From positions 59,675-123,674 of the forward strand of contig NZ_FOHV01000002.1 of assembly GCF_900111395.1 (NCBI RefSeq): 64,000 nt of DNA, read 5' to 3'. The translations under genes and the position numbers were made by a program. Within the stretch, counting starts at the first letter, position 1. Every line of letters starts with the position of its first letter. The stretch is from Thorsellia anophelis DSM 18579 (GTDB lineage: Bacteria > Pseudomonadota > Gammaproteobacteria > Enterobacterales > Thorselliaceae). This document shows positions 1 to 10,339 of this stretch, one piece after another. The notes below the pieces were generated by a model. The model had not been told where the DNA came from and did no database searches. It was given only the letters and a program-made list of their open reading frames with translations.

Positions 1-39
1 AAATCAGAGCGTTTACTATCACATTTAGAGGATTAAATC

Positions 40-591
40 ATGAACATTAAAATGCTTTTTGCAGGTTTTTCTGCCTTATTAGCTGGATGTGGTGGTATTG
101 ATGGCCAGCAATATGTTAATCAAAGTCCACCCTTAAAATTAGAAGACTATTTCAATGGGCCTATCAAAGCTTGGGGATTTATCCAAGATAGAAGTGGTAA
201 TGTTATTACTCGATTTGATGTTGTTATGCATGGCTCATGGGAAGGTAATAAAGGCAAATTAGAAGAAGTGTTTACTTATTATGATAGTGGAAAAGTCCAA
301 AATCGCACATGGGAAATTACCAAAATTGATGAGTTAACCTACGAAGGTAAAGCAGGGGACATTCTAGGTACAGCTAAGGGGTCTGCATTTGGTAATGCGA
401 TAAATTGGGTTTATGAAATGGATGTTCCTGTTGATGATACAACTTATCGTTTAAAATTTGATGATTGGATGTGGGCAATGAATGATGGGGTTGTGATTAA
501 TCGTTCGTATATGAAAAAATTTGGTATTACCGTTGCCGAGCTGACCGTTTTTATGCAAAAAGTCCCTGTAGAGGCAATTGAAGTACAATAG
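40..591 (+). CDS. Putative lipoprotein (DUF3833-like)
   Basis: Signal peptide with lipobox LLAGC at the N-terminus. 183 aa. Sits upstream of an SDR gene, as commonly seen for this lipoprotein family (assignment from memory). Confidence 0.45.
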   Translation: MNIKMLFAGFSALLAGCGGIDGQQYVNQSPPLKLEDYFNGPIKAWGFIQDRSGNVITRFDVVMHGSWEGNKGKLEEVFTYYDSGKVQNRTWEITKIDELTYEGKAGDILGTAKGSAFGNAINWVYEMDVPVDDTTYRLKFDDWMWAMNDGVVINRSYMKKFGITVAELTVFMQKVPVEAIEVQ

Positions 592-646
592 TCCGGTCGT
601 TTAAGTGGCGATTGGTTTATTTTTCTAACAAGCTTTAGGTGGCATT

Positions 647-1408
647 ATGAAAAACAGTATGATTGATCGTACTTACTGGATTATTGGGGCAAGTAGTGGT
701 ATTGGCCGAGCATTGTCTATTGAACTTGCTAAAAAAGGTGCAACTTTAGTGATTAGTTCGCGAGATGAGAATTTGCTCATTTCGCTGCATGAACAACTAG
801 ACAAATCAAATGGGCAAACACATCTTGTTATTCCTTGTGATGCAAGTGCATTTGATAGTCTGCAAGAAGCTAAGTCTATCATATATAATAGATTAGATAA
901 GCTTGATTGTGTGGTTTATATGTCTGGTATATATCATCCTATGGATACTGCTCAATTAGAATTAAGTTGGGTGAAATCTATTGTAGAAACAAATTTGCTC
1001 GGTCCTATGTACATTACGCAATTGATGATAAATGATCTACTAAACATACCTAATTCTCAGCTTGTATTTTGCGCAAGTGTTGCAGGATACAGAGGATTGC
1101 CAAATGCACAACCTTACGGCGCGAGTAAAGCTGGTTTAATTAACTTTGTGCAATCCATTCATGCAGAATATGGTCGCAAGTTAGACATTAAACTTATCAA
1201 TCCTGGATTCGTTCAAACTCGGTTAACAGATAAAAACCAGTTCTCTATGCCCTTTATTATTGCACCAGAACAAGCAGCAACAGCAATTGTCTCTGGATTA
1301 TTGAAGCATAACCAGTTTGAAATTCATTTCCCTAAACGATTTACGTTATTAATGAAATGTTTCACGTCATTGCCTTATTGGTTGTACCATCGTTTAGTCA
1401 GACGATAA
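647..1408 (+). CDS. Short-chain dehydrogenase/reductase (SDR) family oxidoreductase
   Basis: N-terminal Rossmann motif GASSGIGRA. Catalytic YGASK (Y-x3-K) motif. 253 aa. Confidence 0.75.
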   Translation: MKNSMIDRTYWIIGASSGIGRALSIELAKKGATLVISSRDENLLISLHEQLDKSNGQTHLVIPCDASAFDSLQEAKSIIYNRLDKLDCVVYMSGIYHPMDTAQLELSWVKSIVETNLLGPMYITQLMINDLLNIPNSQLVFCASVAGYRGLPNAQPYGASKAGLINFVQSIHAEYGRKLDIKLINPGFVQTRLTDKNQFSMPFIIAPEQAATAIVSGLLKHNQFEIHFPKRFTLLMKCFTSLPYWLYHRLVRR

Positions 1409-1557
1409 GTGTTTAATTTTTAATCAATAAGTTATCCTGATAGTTCAAATTAAATAGGTGTGTTAGATTAAGGGTAATGCTAGAGTTAGCAATCACTTAA
1501 AAACCGATATGATAGTTTATTGTTTTGGCATCACTGACAGAGTAGACTGGAGCAGAT

Positions 1558-2283
1558 GTGAAATTATTAGTAATAGAAGATGATAAAAAAGTATCTCAAT
1601 TCATCGAGAGGGGATTTAAAGAGCTTGGTCATAATGTTGATATAGCTGAAGAGGGCAAAACTGGCTTATTTTTAGCTATGACTGAACAGTATGATGCGTT
1701 AATTGTTGATAGAATGTTACCTGGTATAGAAGGACTGACAATAGTACAAACTTTACGTGCGGCGTCAAATAAAATTCCTATCATAGTATTAAGCGCAATG
1801 GGAAAGGTAGATGATAGAGTCAAGGGATTAAGATCTGGGGCGGATGATTATTTAGTCAAGCCTTTCGCCTTTGAAGAGCTATTGGCTAGAGTTGAAGTGT
1901 TAATTGAGCGCTGCAGTGGTAAAGGCGATGTCAGGCAAACAGAATTAGTTGCGCATGATTTAGTTATGGATCTGTTGGCTAGGAAAGTAACGAGAAATGG
2001 AGTTGAGATAGAGCTTCAATCAAGGGAATTTAGATTATTGGAATATTTACTCCGTAATAAAGGACAAATGGTCACTCGCACTATGTTGCTTGAACATGTT
2101 TGGGATTACCATTTTGATCCTCAAACTAACGTCATTGATGTTCATATCAGTCGCTTACGAAATAAAATTGATAAAGGATTTGAAAATAAGATTATTAAAA
2201 CAATTAGAGGATCTGGATATATTATAGACGATAGTATACATAGCATCTCAGATGAGCAAGGTTTTCATGACATCAACGATTAA
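1558..2283 (+). CDS. OmpR-family two-component response regulator
   Basis: Receiver domain (LLVIEDD ... DALIVDRMLP). Winged-helix trans_reg_C motif (VIDVHISRLRNKID). GTG start after an ATGTGA context. Confidence 0.8.
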   Translation: MKLLVIEDDKKVSQFIERGFKELGHNVDIAEEGKTGLFLAMTEQYDALIVDRMLPGIEGLTIVQTLRAASNKIPIIVLSAMGKVDDRVKGLRSGADDYLVKPFAFEELLARVEVLIERCSGKGDVRQTELVAHDLVMDLLARKVTRNGVEIELQSREFRLLEYLLRNKGQMVTRTMLLEHVWDYHFDPQTNVIDVHISRLRNKIDKGFENKIIKTIRGSGYIIDDSIHSISDEQGFHDIND

Positions 2284-3691
2284 AAATTTCAGGCAAAGTT
2301 CTAGTTTTTTTATGGCGACATTGTGTTCCATACTTCTACTTAGTGTTGCATGCTTTGTTTTTTATTTTATTTCTGTTGTCAATAGTGATGGTTTTTTAGC
2401 AGAATCACGCGCCGCAATAGATGCAGAAATGTCTCGCTTATTAATGTTAGATCAAATCGATAGCAACGCGTTAAAAAAAGCGCTAAGCATGCATAATGAT
2501 ACACCTCAAAATACGTTTATTTACGGTTTATTCTCTAAACAGAATGAAGTATTAATTGGGAATAAGGCATTTTGGTCACCATTTTTAAATGAGCTACAAC
2601 AAAATACTCCTACATTGACTCAATATCAAATCGCCCAAGGTGGTGGTGCTGATGACCTATCCTTTTTTCAACAACTTGAGAATTTAACTTTGGAAAGTAA
2701 TTATCTTTCTAAATCAGTTCAGGTAGAAGAAGGTAATTATTTGATTGTCGCTCGTAATATTGATGAATTCAGAACAGCCAGATGGTTTGCTATGACTTTT
2801 GGCTGGGTTATTTTTGTTATTACGCTCATGCTAATTTTATGTTTTTATATTATTGGGCAATTCGTCGTTAATAAAGTTAATTCTATCTCACGGATTGCCA
2901 ATGAAATTATCACTACAGGAAATATCAGTAAACGAATTGCCAGAGATAGATACTGGGATGATTTAAGTAAGCTTGAAATTGTCTTAAATACGATGCTTGA
3001 TGAAATTGAATCATTAATGCTAGGCATGAAAAAAGTAACGGATGATATTGCCCACGATCTCAGAACGCCACTTACCCGCTTAAGAAATGACTTAGAGCAA
3101 GTTGAGCCGGCTGAACTTAAAGAAGAGTTACTTAGTGAAGCTGATCGCTTATTAAGTATGTTTAATGGTTTACTTAGGATTGCAGAGGTTGAAAGCGGTA
3201 AAAAACGTGCAGAGTTTCAATTGGTTGATTTTGATGATATTGTTAGGGATGCTGAAGCACTATATGCCCCATTGTGTGATGAGAAAAATATCAGTATTAA
3301 CAGTGTGATAAAAACGGCTAAAGTTTATGGCGATCGTAATTTACTGTTTCAAATCTGTATTAATCTTATTGATAATGCAATTAAGTTCACGCCATCTGGA
3401 GGATTAATAGAAATTATGTTATCTGAGCAAGATGGGTGTACATTTTTATCGATTACTGATTCAGGCATAGGAATTGATGAATCTGAAATTAATCATATCT
3501 TTAAACGATTTTATCGAGTAGAGCGAAGCCGTAACAGTGAAGGTAATGGTCTTGGTTTATCGATTGTACAAGCGATTGTGCAATTACATAAAGGGCGGAT
3601 AACTGTTAAAAATAGGGCAGTAGGAACACGGTTTGAACTATTTTTCCCAAAAGATAAAAATATGACTTGTGCTGCTAATTTACCTAAATAG
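2252..3691 (+). CDS. Sensor histidine kinase (two TM segments, HAMP, HisKA, HATPase_c)
   Basis: H-box AHDLRTPLTRL. N-box and G-box motifs (IDNAIKFT, GLGLSIV). Two hydrophobic segments bracket a ~150-aa periplasmic region. Overlaps the response-regulator 3' end by 32 nt, indicating translational coupling. Confidence 0.8.
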   Translation: MSKVFMTSTIKNFRQSSSFFMATLCSILLLSVACFVFYFISVVNSDGFLAESRAAIDAEMSRLLMLDQIDSNALKKALSMHNDTPQNTFIYGLFSKQNEVLIGNKAFWSPFLNELQQNTPTLTQYQIAQGGGADDLSFFQQLENLTLESNYLSKSVQVEEGNYLIVARNIDEFRTARWFAMTFGWVIFVITLMLILCFYIIGQFVVNKVNSISRIANEIITTGNISKRIARDRYWDDLSKLEIVLNTMLDEIESLMLGMKKVTDDIAHDLRTPLTRLRNDLEQVEPAELKEELLSEADRLLSMFNGLLRIAEVESGKKRAEFQLVDFDDIVRDAEALYAPLCDEKNISINSVIKTAKVYGDRNLLFQICINLIDNAIKFTPSGGLIEIMLSEQDGCTFLSITDSGIGIDESEINHIFKRFYRVERSRNSEGNGLGLSIVQAIVQLHKGRITVKNRAVGTRFELFFPKDKNMTCAANLPK

Positions 3692-3879
3692 GGTAAAATA
3701 AGTTGAAAAAGCTAGTCTTAATATTCAAAATATGATATAAAGCGCGCCGCAAAAGCGCTCTTATTTATTGGTTATTTAACCTGGTTAATTAATCAAAAAT
3801 TAATTGCATTACGTTGCGACTATAACCGCTGGTATGTCTAGAGTTTTATTAAGCTCTGGGTTTACATGTGTAAATACAC

Positions 3880-4005
3880 ACATGCATCGACACAATAGCC
3901 GGGGTGCCATGATTTTATCAAGTTTATCTTAAATAAGATAAAAACTAGGTCGGTCTATTGGGATGTATGGAGGCAAAACCCCATTTATATGATTAGAGGT
4001 CTATT
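3880..4005 (+). promoter_or_regulatory. Candidate rpsB 5' leader (S2 autoregulatory leader region)
   Basis: ~120-nt GC-richer structured segment immediately upstream of rpsB. Gammaproteobacteria carry a conserved S2-binding leader at this position. Not verified by a covariance model. Confidence 0.3.
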
Positions 4006-4734
4006 ATGACAACAGTTTCAATGCGCGATATGCTACAAGCAGGCGTTCATTTCGGTCACCAAACTCGTTATTGGAATCCAAAAATGAAACCATTCATTTT
4101 TGGCTCACGTAACCGTGTTCACATCATTAACTTAGAGCAAACTGTTCCTATGTTTAATGCTGCACTTGCTGAGTTAAGCAGAATTTCTGCTCGTAAAGGT
4201 AAAATTCTATTTGTTGGTACGAAGCGTGCTGCAGGTGAAGCAATCAAGGAAGCGGCTAAAAGCTGTGATCAATATTATGTGAATCACCGTTGGTTAGGTG
4301 GCATGTTAACTAACTGGAAAACAGTTCGTCAATCAATTGGTTTGCTAAAAGATTTAGAAAAACAATCACAAGACGGTACATTTGACAAGTTAACTAAAAA
4401 AGAAGCGTTACTTCGTGCACGTGATCTTGAAAAGTTAGAAAACAGCCTTGGTGGAATCAAGGATATGAATGGTTTACCTGATGCACTATTTATCATTGAT
4501 GCTGAACATGAGCACATTGCAATTAAAGAAGCAAATAATTTAGGTATTCCAGTATTCTGTGTAGTTGATACAAACTCTAACCCAGATGGTATCGATTATA
4601 TTATTCCTGGTAATGATGATGCTATTCGTGCGATTACACTTTATTTAACTGCTGCTGCTGATGCAGTACGTAAAGGTCGTTCGCAAGAAGTGGAAATAAT
4701 CCCAGCTGCTGCAGAAGAAAGCGCTGCTGAATAA
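4006..4734 (+). CDS. rpsB: 30S ribosomal protein S2
   Basis: Near-identical to enterobacterial S2 ([27 protein letters not shown]...). 242 aa. Confidence 0.97.
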   Translation: MTTVSMRDMLQAGVHFGHQTRYWNPKMKPFIFGSRNRVHIINLEQTVPMFNAALAELSRISARKGKILFVGTKRAAGEAIKEAAKSCDQYYVNHRWLGGMLTNWKTVRQSIGLLKDLEKQSQDGTFDKLTKKEALLRARDLEKLENSLGGIKDMNGLPDALFIIDAEHEHIAIKEANNLGIPVFCVVDTNSNPDGIDYIIPGNDDAIRAITLYLTAAADAVRKGRSQEVEIIPAAAEESAAE

Positions 4735-4779
4735 TCATTAAAGCATGTTGAGTTTAAATTGCTTTTGGTTATATAGCAT

Positions 4780-4846
4780 AAGGCCTTATTCTTGAATTCA
4801 ATATGCAGATATATTCTTTAAAGGGCCTGAATAAGGCCTTTTTTGT
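4780..4846 (+). terminator. rpsB-tsf intergenic stem-loop with T-tract (attenuator/terminator)
   Basis: AAGGCCTTATTC (4780-4791) pairs with GAATAAGGCCTT (4829-4840). Followed by TTTTGTT. Confidence 0.55.
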
Positions 4847-4898
4847 TATAAATATGTGTTCAATCAAAAGATAGCACTCCATTTAAGAGGATTTAAAT

Positions 4899-5756
4899 AT
4901 GGCAGATATTACTGCAGCACTCGTAAAAGAACTTCGTGAGCGTACCGGCGCAGGCATGATGGAATGTAAAAAAGCACTTGTTGAAAGTAACGGTGATATT
5001 GAGCTAGCCATTGATAATATGCGTAAATCAGGCCAAGCAAAAGCAGCTAAAAAAGCAGGTCGCGTTGCAGCTGAAGGCATCATTCTTGCTAAAATTGCAA
5101 GTTGTGGTACGTTTGGTATGCTAGTTGAATTAAATTGCGAAACAGACTTTGTTGCTAAAGATGCAGGTTTCATGGCGTTTGGTGAAGAAGTTATTGAAGC
5201 AGTTCTTGCGGCTAAAATGACCGATATTGAAGCAGTACAAGCAAAGTTTGAAGAGCAACGTGCGGCTCTAGTTGCTAAAATCGGTGAAAACATCACAATT
5301 CGTCGTGTTTCTTTAGTAGAAGGCGAGAAATTAGGCGCTTATTTGCATGGTGCACGTATCGGTGTTATCGTTGCTGCGTCTGGTGCTGATGATGAAACTA
5401 TTAAGCATGTTGCAATGCATGTTGCAGCAAGCAAACCTGAATATGTTAATCCTGAAGATGTACCTGCTGATGTTGTTAATCGTGAGCATCAAATTCAATT
5501 GGATATCGCGATGCAGTCAGGTAAACCACGTGATATCGCAGAAAAAATGGTTGAAGGGCGCATGCGTAAATTTACGGGTGAAGTCTCATTAACAGGCCAA
5601 CCATTTGTTATGTCTCCAGATAAAACTGTTGGTGCAATGCTACAAGAAAAAGGTGCTAAAGTAAGTACTTTTGTACGCTTTGAAGTAGGTGAAGGCATTG
5701 AAAAAGTTGAAACGGACTTTGCAGCTGAAGTTGCAGCTATGAGTAAAGGCGTTTAA
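4899..5756 (+). CDS. tsf: Elongation factor Ts
   Basis: [27 protein letters not shown] matches EF-Ts. 285 aa. Directly follows rpsB. Confidence 0.97.
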   Translation: MADITAALVKELRERTGAGMMECKKALVESNGDIELAIDNMRKSGQAKAAKKAGRVAAEGIILAKIASCGTFGMLVELNCETDFVAKDAGFMAFGEEVIEAVLAAKMTDIEAVQAKFEEQRAALVAKIGENITIRRVSLVEGEKLGAYLHGARIGVIVAASGADDETIKHVAMHVAASKPEYVNPEDVPADVVNREHQIQLDIAMQSGKPRDIAEKMVEGRMRKFTGEVSLTGQPFVMSPDKTVGAMLQEKGAKVSTFVRFEVGEGIEKVETDFAAEVAAMSKGV

Positions 5757-5765
5757 TTTGATAAA

Positions 5766-5805
5766 GATCCTTATGGTATTAATATATGCTAATACTATAA
5801 GGATC
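5766..5805 (+). terminator. Hairpin downstream of tsf (16-bp stem, one mismatch)
   Basis: GATCCTTATGGTATTA / TAATACTATAAGGATC inverted repeat. Weak T-run follows, so possibly a weak terminator. Confidence 0.4.
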
Positions 5806-6003
5806 AAATCTTATAATAATCTATTTTTTTAGAACTCATCAATAAAAAATATGTTAGCATTCATTATTGATTTCTCTATTTTTATTAGACTATTTTGAAA
5901 ATTTCACTCTCGAAATATCAATAATCAATGTTAATCAATTAATTATTAAATCTATTTATACTATTTAAATTTAATAATTTCAAAGTTATATAGAGGATAA
6001 CCT

Positions 6004-6726
6004 ATGGCCAAAAATTCACAACCACTTTATCGTCGAATTCTTCTTAAACTCAGTGGTGAGGCTCTGCAAGGTGCTGAAGGATTTGGGATTGATCCGGCTG
6101 TGTTGGATAGAATGGCCCAAGAAATCAAAGAATTGCTTGAATTAGGCGTCCAAGTTGGTGTTGTCATTGGAGGCGGAAATCTATTTCGCGGTGCCGGATT
6201 AGCAAAGGCTGGTATGAACCGTGTTGTTGGCGACCATATGGGAATGCTTGCAACTGTTATGAACGGGCTTGCGATGCGCGATGCACTCCATAGAGCTTAT
6301 GTTAATGCAAAACTCATGTCAGCAATTCCACTTAATGGCGTGTGTGAAGATTATAACTGGGCAGATGCTATCGGTTTGTTAAAAGAAAATAAAGTCGTTA
6401 TTTTTTCTGCTGGTACAGGTAATCCATTTTTTACAACTGATTCTGCAGCTTGCTTGCGTGGTATTGAGATTGAAGCGGATGTGGTATTGAAAGCAACAAA
6501 AGTTAATGGTGTTTATACCGCAGATCCTGAAAAAGACCCAACAGCAGTTATGTATGAAAGATTAACCTATCAGGAAGTATTAGAAAAAGAGCTTAAAGTA
6601 ATGGATCTTGCCGCATTCACCTTAGCAAGAGACCATAAAATGCCAATACGTGTGTTTAATATGAATAAGACAGGTGCACTCAGAAATGTGATTCTGACAG
6701 AAACAGAAGGCACTTTGATTTCTTAA
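6004..6726 (+). CDS. pyrH: UMP kinase
   Basis: [15 protein letters not shown] ... [11 protein letters not shown] motifs. 240 aa. Confidence 0.96.
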   Translation: MAKNSQPLYRRILLKLSGEALQGAEGFGIDPAVLDRMAQEIKELLELGVQVGVVIGGGNLFRGAGLAKAGMNRVVGDHMGMLATVMNGLAMRDALHRAYVNAKLMSAIPLNGVCEDYNWADAIGLLKENKVVIFSAGTGNPFFTTDSAACLRGIEIEADVVLKATKVNGVYTADPEKDPTAVMYERLTYQEVLEKELKVMDLAAFTLARDHKMPIRVFNMNKTGALRNVILTETEGTLIS

Positions 6727-6759
6727 GTCAGTCAAATATAATTAAATTAGGATAATATT

Positions 6760-7323
6760 ATGCAAACAATTAGTGACATTAGAAAAGACGCTGAAGCAAG
6801 AATGGAAAAATGCTTGGAAGTGTTTAGAAATAATATTTCTAAAATTCGCACAGGGCGTGCCTCTCCAAGCATTTTAGATGGTATACAAGTTGATTATTAC
6901 GGTTCGTTAACACCACTACGTCAATTAGCAAACGTCACCGCTGAAGATTCAAGAACACTTGCTGTTACTGTATTTGATCGTTCAATTGGACCTGCTGTGG
7001 AAAAAGCAATCATTAACTCTGATTTAGGATTAAATCCTTCTTCAGCTGGAACGACGATTAGGGTACCGTTACCGCCTTTAACTGAAGAACGTCGTAAAGA
7101 TTTAATTAAAATTGTGAAAGCAGAAGCAGAGCAAGGTAGAGTCTCTGTACGTAATGTGCGCCGTGATGCGAATGATAAATTAAAAGCATTATTGAAAGAT
7201 AAAGAGATCGGTGAAGATGAAGAACGCAAAGCACAGGATGAAATTCAAAAAATCACAGATGCTGTGATTAAAAAAGTTGATGCAGCTTTAGGTGAAAAAG
7301 AAACTGAATTAATGACTTTTTAG
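6760..7323 (+). CDS. frr: Ribosome recycling factor
   Basis: 185-aa class. [13 protein letters not shown] motif. Confidence 0.96.
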   Translation: MQTISDIRKDAEARMEKCLEVFRNNISKIRTGRASPSILDGIQVDYYGSLTPLRQLANVTAEDSRTLAVTVFDRSIGPAVEKAIINSDLGLNPSSAGTTIRVPLPPLTEERRKDLIKIVKAEAEQGRVSVRNVRRDANDKLKALLKDKEIGEDEERKAQDEIQKITDAVIKKVDAALGEKETELMTF

Positions 7324-7349
7324 TCTTAATGGCTAATGAGATGAATAGA

Positions 7350-7391
7350 CGCGTGAGTATTAAGTGATTAACTAGCTCACGCGTTTTTTTT
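7350..7391 (+). terminator. Rho-independent terminator after frr
   Basis: CGCGTGAG ... CTCACGCG stem followed by T8. Confidence 0.8.
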
Positions 7392-7431
7392 CACTGCTTA
7401 ATTTTTTAGTTTTGCGTAATCGGAAAAGTCT

Positions 7432-8646
7432 ATGCAACAAATTGCTATTTTAGGTTCAACAGGATCAATAGGCCATACCTCACTTCGCGTGATAACGGAA
7501 CATAGTGATAAGTTTAACGTGTTTGCTCTGATTGCGGGTGGAAACGATAAAGTTATGTTTGAACAAGCCATACGATATCGGCCAAAGTTTATTGTCATGG
7601 CTAATATCGAAGCAAGAGATTCACTCGCAAAACAACTTAATAATTACTTTCAAATGCATGGCAGTCAAAAATTTGAATGTGAATTATTATTTGGTGAGCA
7701 ATCGATGTGTGATGTTGTTGCTCATCCGGATATCGATCAGGTGATAGCTGCGATTGTTGGCGGTGCTGGGCTTGTTCCGACTTTAGCTGCAGTTAAGGCA
7801 GGTAAACGAATATTACTTGCAAATAAAGAATCGCTTGTCATGTGTGGCAAGTTGTTCATGCAGGCAGTAAAAGAGCATAACGCCACGTTATTACCTATCG
7901 ATAGTGAGCATAATGCTATTTTTCAGTCCTTGCCTGAAGCGCTGCAATCTAATCTAGGGCAAGTTTCTTTAGCTGATAATGGTATCAAGTCAATTATTCT
8001 CACTGGGTCAGGCGGCCCTTTTCTAAATACACCATTAAGTGATTTTAAATTGATTACGGTTCAGCAAGCTATTACTCACCCCAAATGGAATATGGGAGCA
8101 AAAATATCAGTTGATTCTGCTACGATGATGAATAAGGGCTTAGAATTCATTGAAGCAAGATGGTTATTTAATGCGAGTTTAGAAGAAATGGAAGTGATTC
8201 TTCACCCTCAGTCTATTATCCATTCAATGGTGAGATATAATGATGGTAGTGTCATTGCTCAGATGGGTAATGCGGATATGGCTATTCCAATTAATCATGC
8301 ATTAACTTACCCTATGCGAGAACACTCGCCTGCGCAACAATTAGATTTTTTTAATTTAGAGCCTCTTGTTTTTAAGGAGCCTACAAAAGATAGATTTCCT
8401 TGTTTATTTTTAGCAAAACAAGCATCTCAAGCCGGACAGGTTGCAACAACTATTTTGAATGCAGCAAATGAAGTGATTGTTGCTGCTTTTTTGGATAAAA
8501 GAATCCAATTTTCTGATATATTTAGACTTAATGATATGATGTTATCTCAATATGTTTATTCAGAGCCAGAGTCAGTTGCTGAGGTGCTAGAAATAGATAA
8601 AGAAGTTAGAGTTAAGACTAATGAACTTATCGCTAAACGAGTGTAG
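7432..8646 (+). CDS. dxr: 1-deoxy-D-xylulose-5-phosphate reductoisomerase
   Basis: ILGSTGSIG N-terminal NADPH motif. 404 aa. Conserved position after frr. Confidence 0.95.
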   Translation: MQQIAILGSTGSIGHTSLRVITEHSDKFNVFALIAGGNDKVMFEQAIRYRPKFIVMANIEARDSLAKQLNNYFQMHGSQKFECELLFGEQSMCDVVAHPDIDQVIAAIVGGAGLVPTLAAVKAGKRILLANKESLVMCGKLFMQAVKEHNATLLPIDSEHNAIFQSLPEALQSNLGQVSLADNGIKSIILTGSGGPFLNTPLSDFKLITVQQAITHPKWNMGAKISVDSATMMNKGLEFIEARWLFNASLEEMEVILHPQSIIHSMVRYNDGSVIAQMGNADMAIPINHALTYPMREHSPAQQLDFFNLEPLVFKEPTKDRFPCLFLAKQASQAGQVATTILNAANEVIVAAFLDKRIQFSDIFRLNDMMLSQYVYSEPESVAEVLEIDKEVRVKTNELIAKRV

Positions 8647-8656
8647 AAGCCGCATA

Positions 8657-9364
8657 ATGGAAGAAAATACGAAACCTAAGCATGTTGCTATAATCATGGA
8701 TGGCAATGGAAGATGGGCGAAATTACGAGGTAAACTTCGTATTTCAGGACATAGGGCCGGAGCAAATGCAGTCAGAACAACCGTTAAAGCTGCTATATCT
8801 GCAAACATTAAAGTATTAACGCTTTATGCTTTTAGTAGTGAAAATTGGCGAAGGCCGAGTGCTGAGGTGACTGGATTAATGGAACTCTTTTTGCGTTCAT
8901 TAAAAACCGAAGTCCCTAAATTACATGAAAATAATATTAAACTACAGGTTATTGGCGATATAAGCGGATTTAATCAACGTTTACAAAATGAAATAGCTAA
9001 AGCACACGAGCTTACGAAAAATAATAGTGGGCTGAAATTAAATATAGCTGCTAATTATGGCGGACGTTGGGACATAACGGATTCAGTAAAGACACTATTT
9101 CAGCAAATTCAAACAGGGCAGCAATCTATTGAGGCGATTAATGAAACAATGCTTACTGAATTGATCGCAGATCGCACTGTTTCTGATGTTGATCTTTTAA
9201 TACGTACAGGTGGAGAATGTAGAATAAGTAACTTTTTACTATGGCAAATAGCCTATGCTGAGCTTTATTTTACAGACTGTTTTTGGCCTGATTTTAATGA
9301 AGATGAGTTCAATACAGCTATTGCTGCTTTTTCTAATCGTATTCGGCGATTTGGTGGTCTTTAA
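8657..9364 (+). CDS. uppS: Undecaprenyl diphosphate synthase
   Basis: HVAIIMDGNGRWA and ALTLYAFSSENW motifs. Start chosen at MEENTKPK to avoid overlap with dxr. Confidence 0.9.
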   Translation: MEENTKPKHVAIIMDGNGRWAKLRGKLRISGHRAGANAVRTTVKAAISANIKVLTLYAFSSENWRRPSAEVTGLMELFLRSLKTEVPKLHENNIKLQVIGDISGFNQRLQNEIAKAHELTKNNSGLKLNIAANYGGRWDITDSVKTLFQQIQTGQQSIEAINETMLTELIADRTVSDVDLLIRTGGECRISNFLLWQIAYAELYFTDCFWPDFNEDEFNTAIAAFSNRIRRFGGL

Positions 9365-9459
9365 GTGATAATAGTGATTGTTATACTAAACTGCGTAATA
9401 CATTTTGTACTACAGATCGAAAAATATTTTTTATCTGTGCTTATTTCTAAGGAGCCAAT

Positions 9460-10296
9460 GTGTTTAAACAACGGGTTATTACATCTTTAATACTTATCCC
9501 TTTAGCTATAGGTGGGCTCTTTTATTTAGACTCATTTTGGTTTACGGCTGTTTTAGCAGTTGTTGGAGGCTTAACAGCATGGGAATGGACTAATATGATG
9601 CACATCAAATCATCTGCTATGCGCATGTTGTTAGGTGCTATTTTTACCTGTGTAGTGATTGCTTGTGCTGCAATATTTACCCCGATTCAGACTGCAATGG
9701 TGAATCATCTTATTTTAAGTATTTCAATTGGATGGTGGGTCGCTGTTATCGGTTTAGTCTTAACTTATCCTAAATCTAGCATGATTTGGAAACAAACCCA
9801 TTTCTTAAAATCCTTATTCATTCTTTTTATCCTACTTCCTTTTATTGTTGGCATGGTTGAGCTTAAAGCAATGAGTCCTTGGTGGGTCATGTATGTTTTA
9901 TGTTTAGTCTGGATAAGCGACACAGGTGCGTATCTTGTTGGAAAAAAATGGGGTAAACATAAATTAGCACCAAAAGTTTCTCCAGGGAAAACTTGGCAAG
10001 GTTTTGGAGGAGCTCTATTTTTCTCATGTTTATTACCTGTAGGAGTGTTGTTGTTCAAACCAGAATTTATTCCTGTAACGACCTTACAGTTTTTTATTAT
10101 TTCAGTTATAACTGTAATTGTCTCAGTCTTTGGTGATTTAGCTGAAAGTATGTTTAAGAGGGAAGCTGGAGTAAAAGATAGCAGTCAGTTAATTCCTGGG
10201 CATGGTGGTGTTTTTGACAGAATAGATAGCTTAACAGCTGCTGTTCCTATTTTTTTTATGCTTTTACAATTTGCAATTAATGGATTTAATGCATAG
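9460..10296 (+). CDS. cdsA: Phosphatidate cytidylyltransferase
   Basis: Multi-TM protein. GTG start with AAGGAG SD. C-terminal PGHGGVFDRIDS signature. Confidence 0.9.
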   Translation: MFKQRVITSLILIPLAIGGLFYLDSFWFTAVLAVVGGLTAWEWTNMMHIKSSAMRMLLGAIFTCVVIACAAIFTPIQTAMVNHLILSISIGWWVAVIGLVLTYPKSSMIWKQTHFLKSLFILFILLPFIVGMVELKAMSPWWVMYVLCLVWISDTGAYLVGKKWGKHKLAPKVSPGKTWQGFGGALFFSCLLPVGVLLFKPEFIPVTTLQFFIISVITVIVSVFGDLAESMFKREAGVKDSSQLIPGHGGVFDRIDSLTAAVPIFFMLLQFAINGFNA

Positions 10297-10339
10297 ATTA
10301 ACTAATGATGAAATCTAGTTAATAGAAGCTTGAGGTGGT

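Noticed and set aside
673-882. Antisense 69-aa ORF inside the SDR gene (and similar antisense ORFs at 1629-1823, 2845-3027, 4329-4517, 4883-5296, 5495-5698, 6921-7229, 9765-10058, 13810-14070, 15203-15460, 17340-17684, 17796-18185, 25665-25937, 26086-26415, 37275-37637, 55287-55727 etc.)
   Set aside because: Each is fully embedded opposite or within a well-supported conserved gene and has low-complexity composition typical of shadow ORFs. No SD or conservation argument supports any of them.
5347-5592. 81-aa ORF inside tsf in another frame
   Set aside because: Embedded in the highly conserved tsf coding sequence; frame-shadow artefact.
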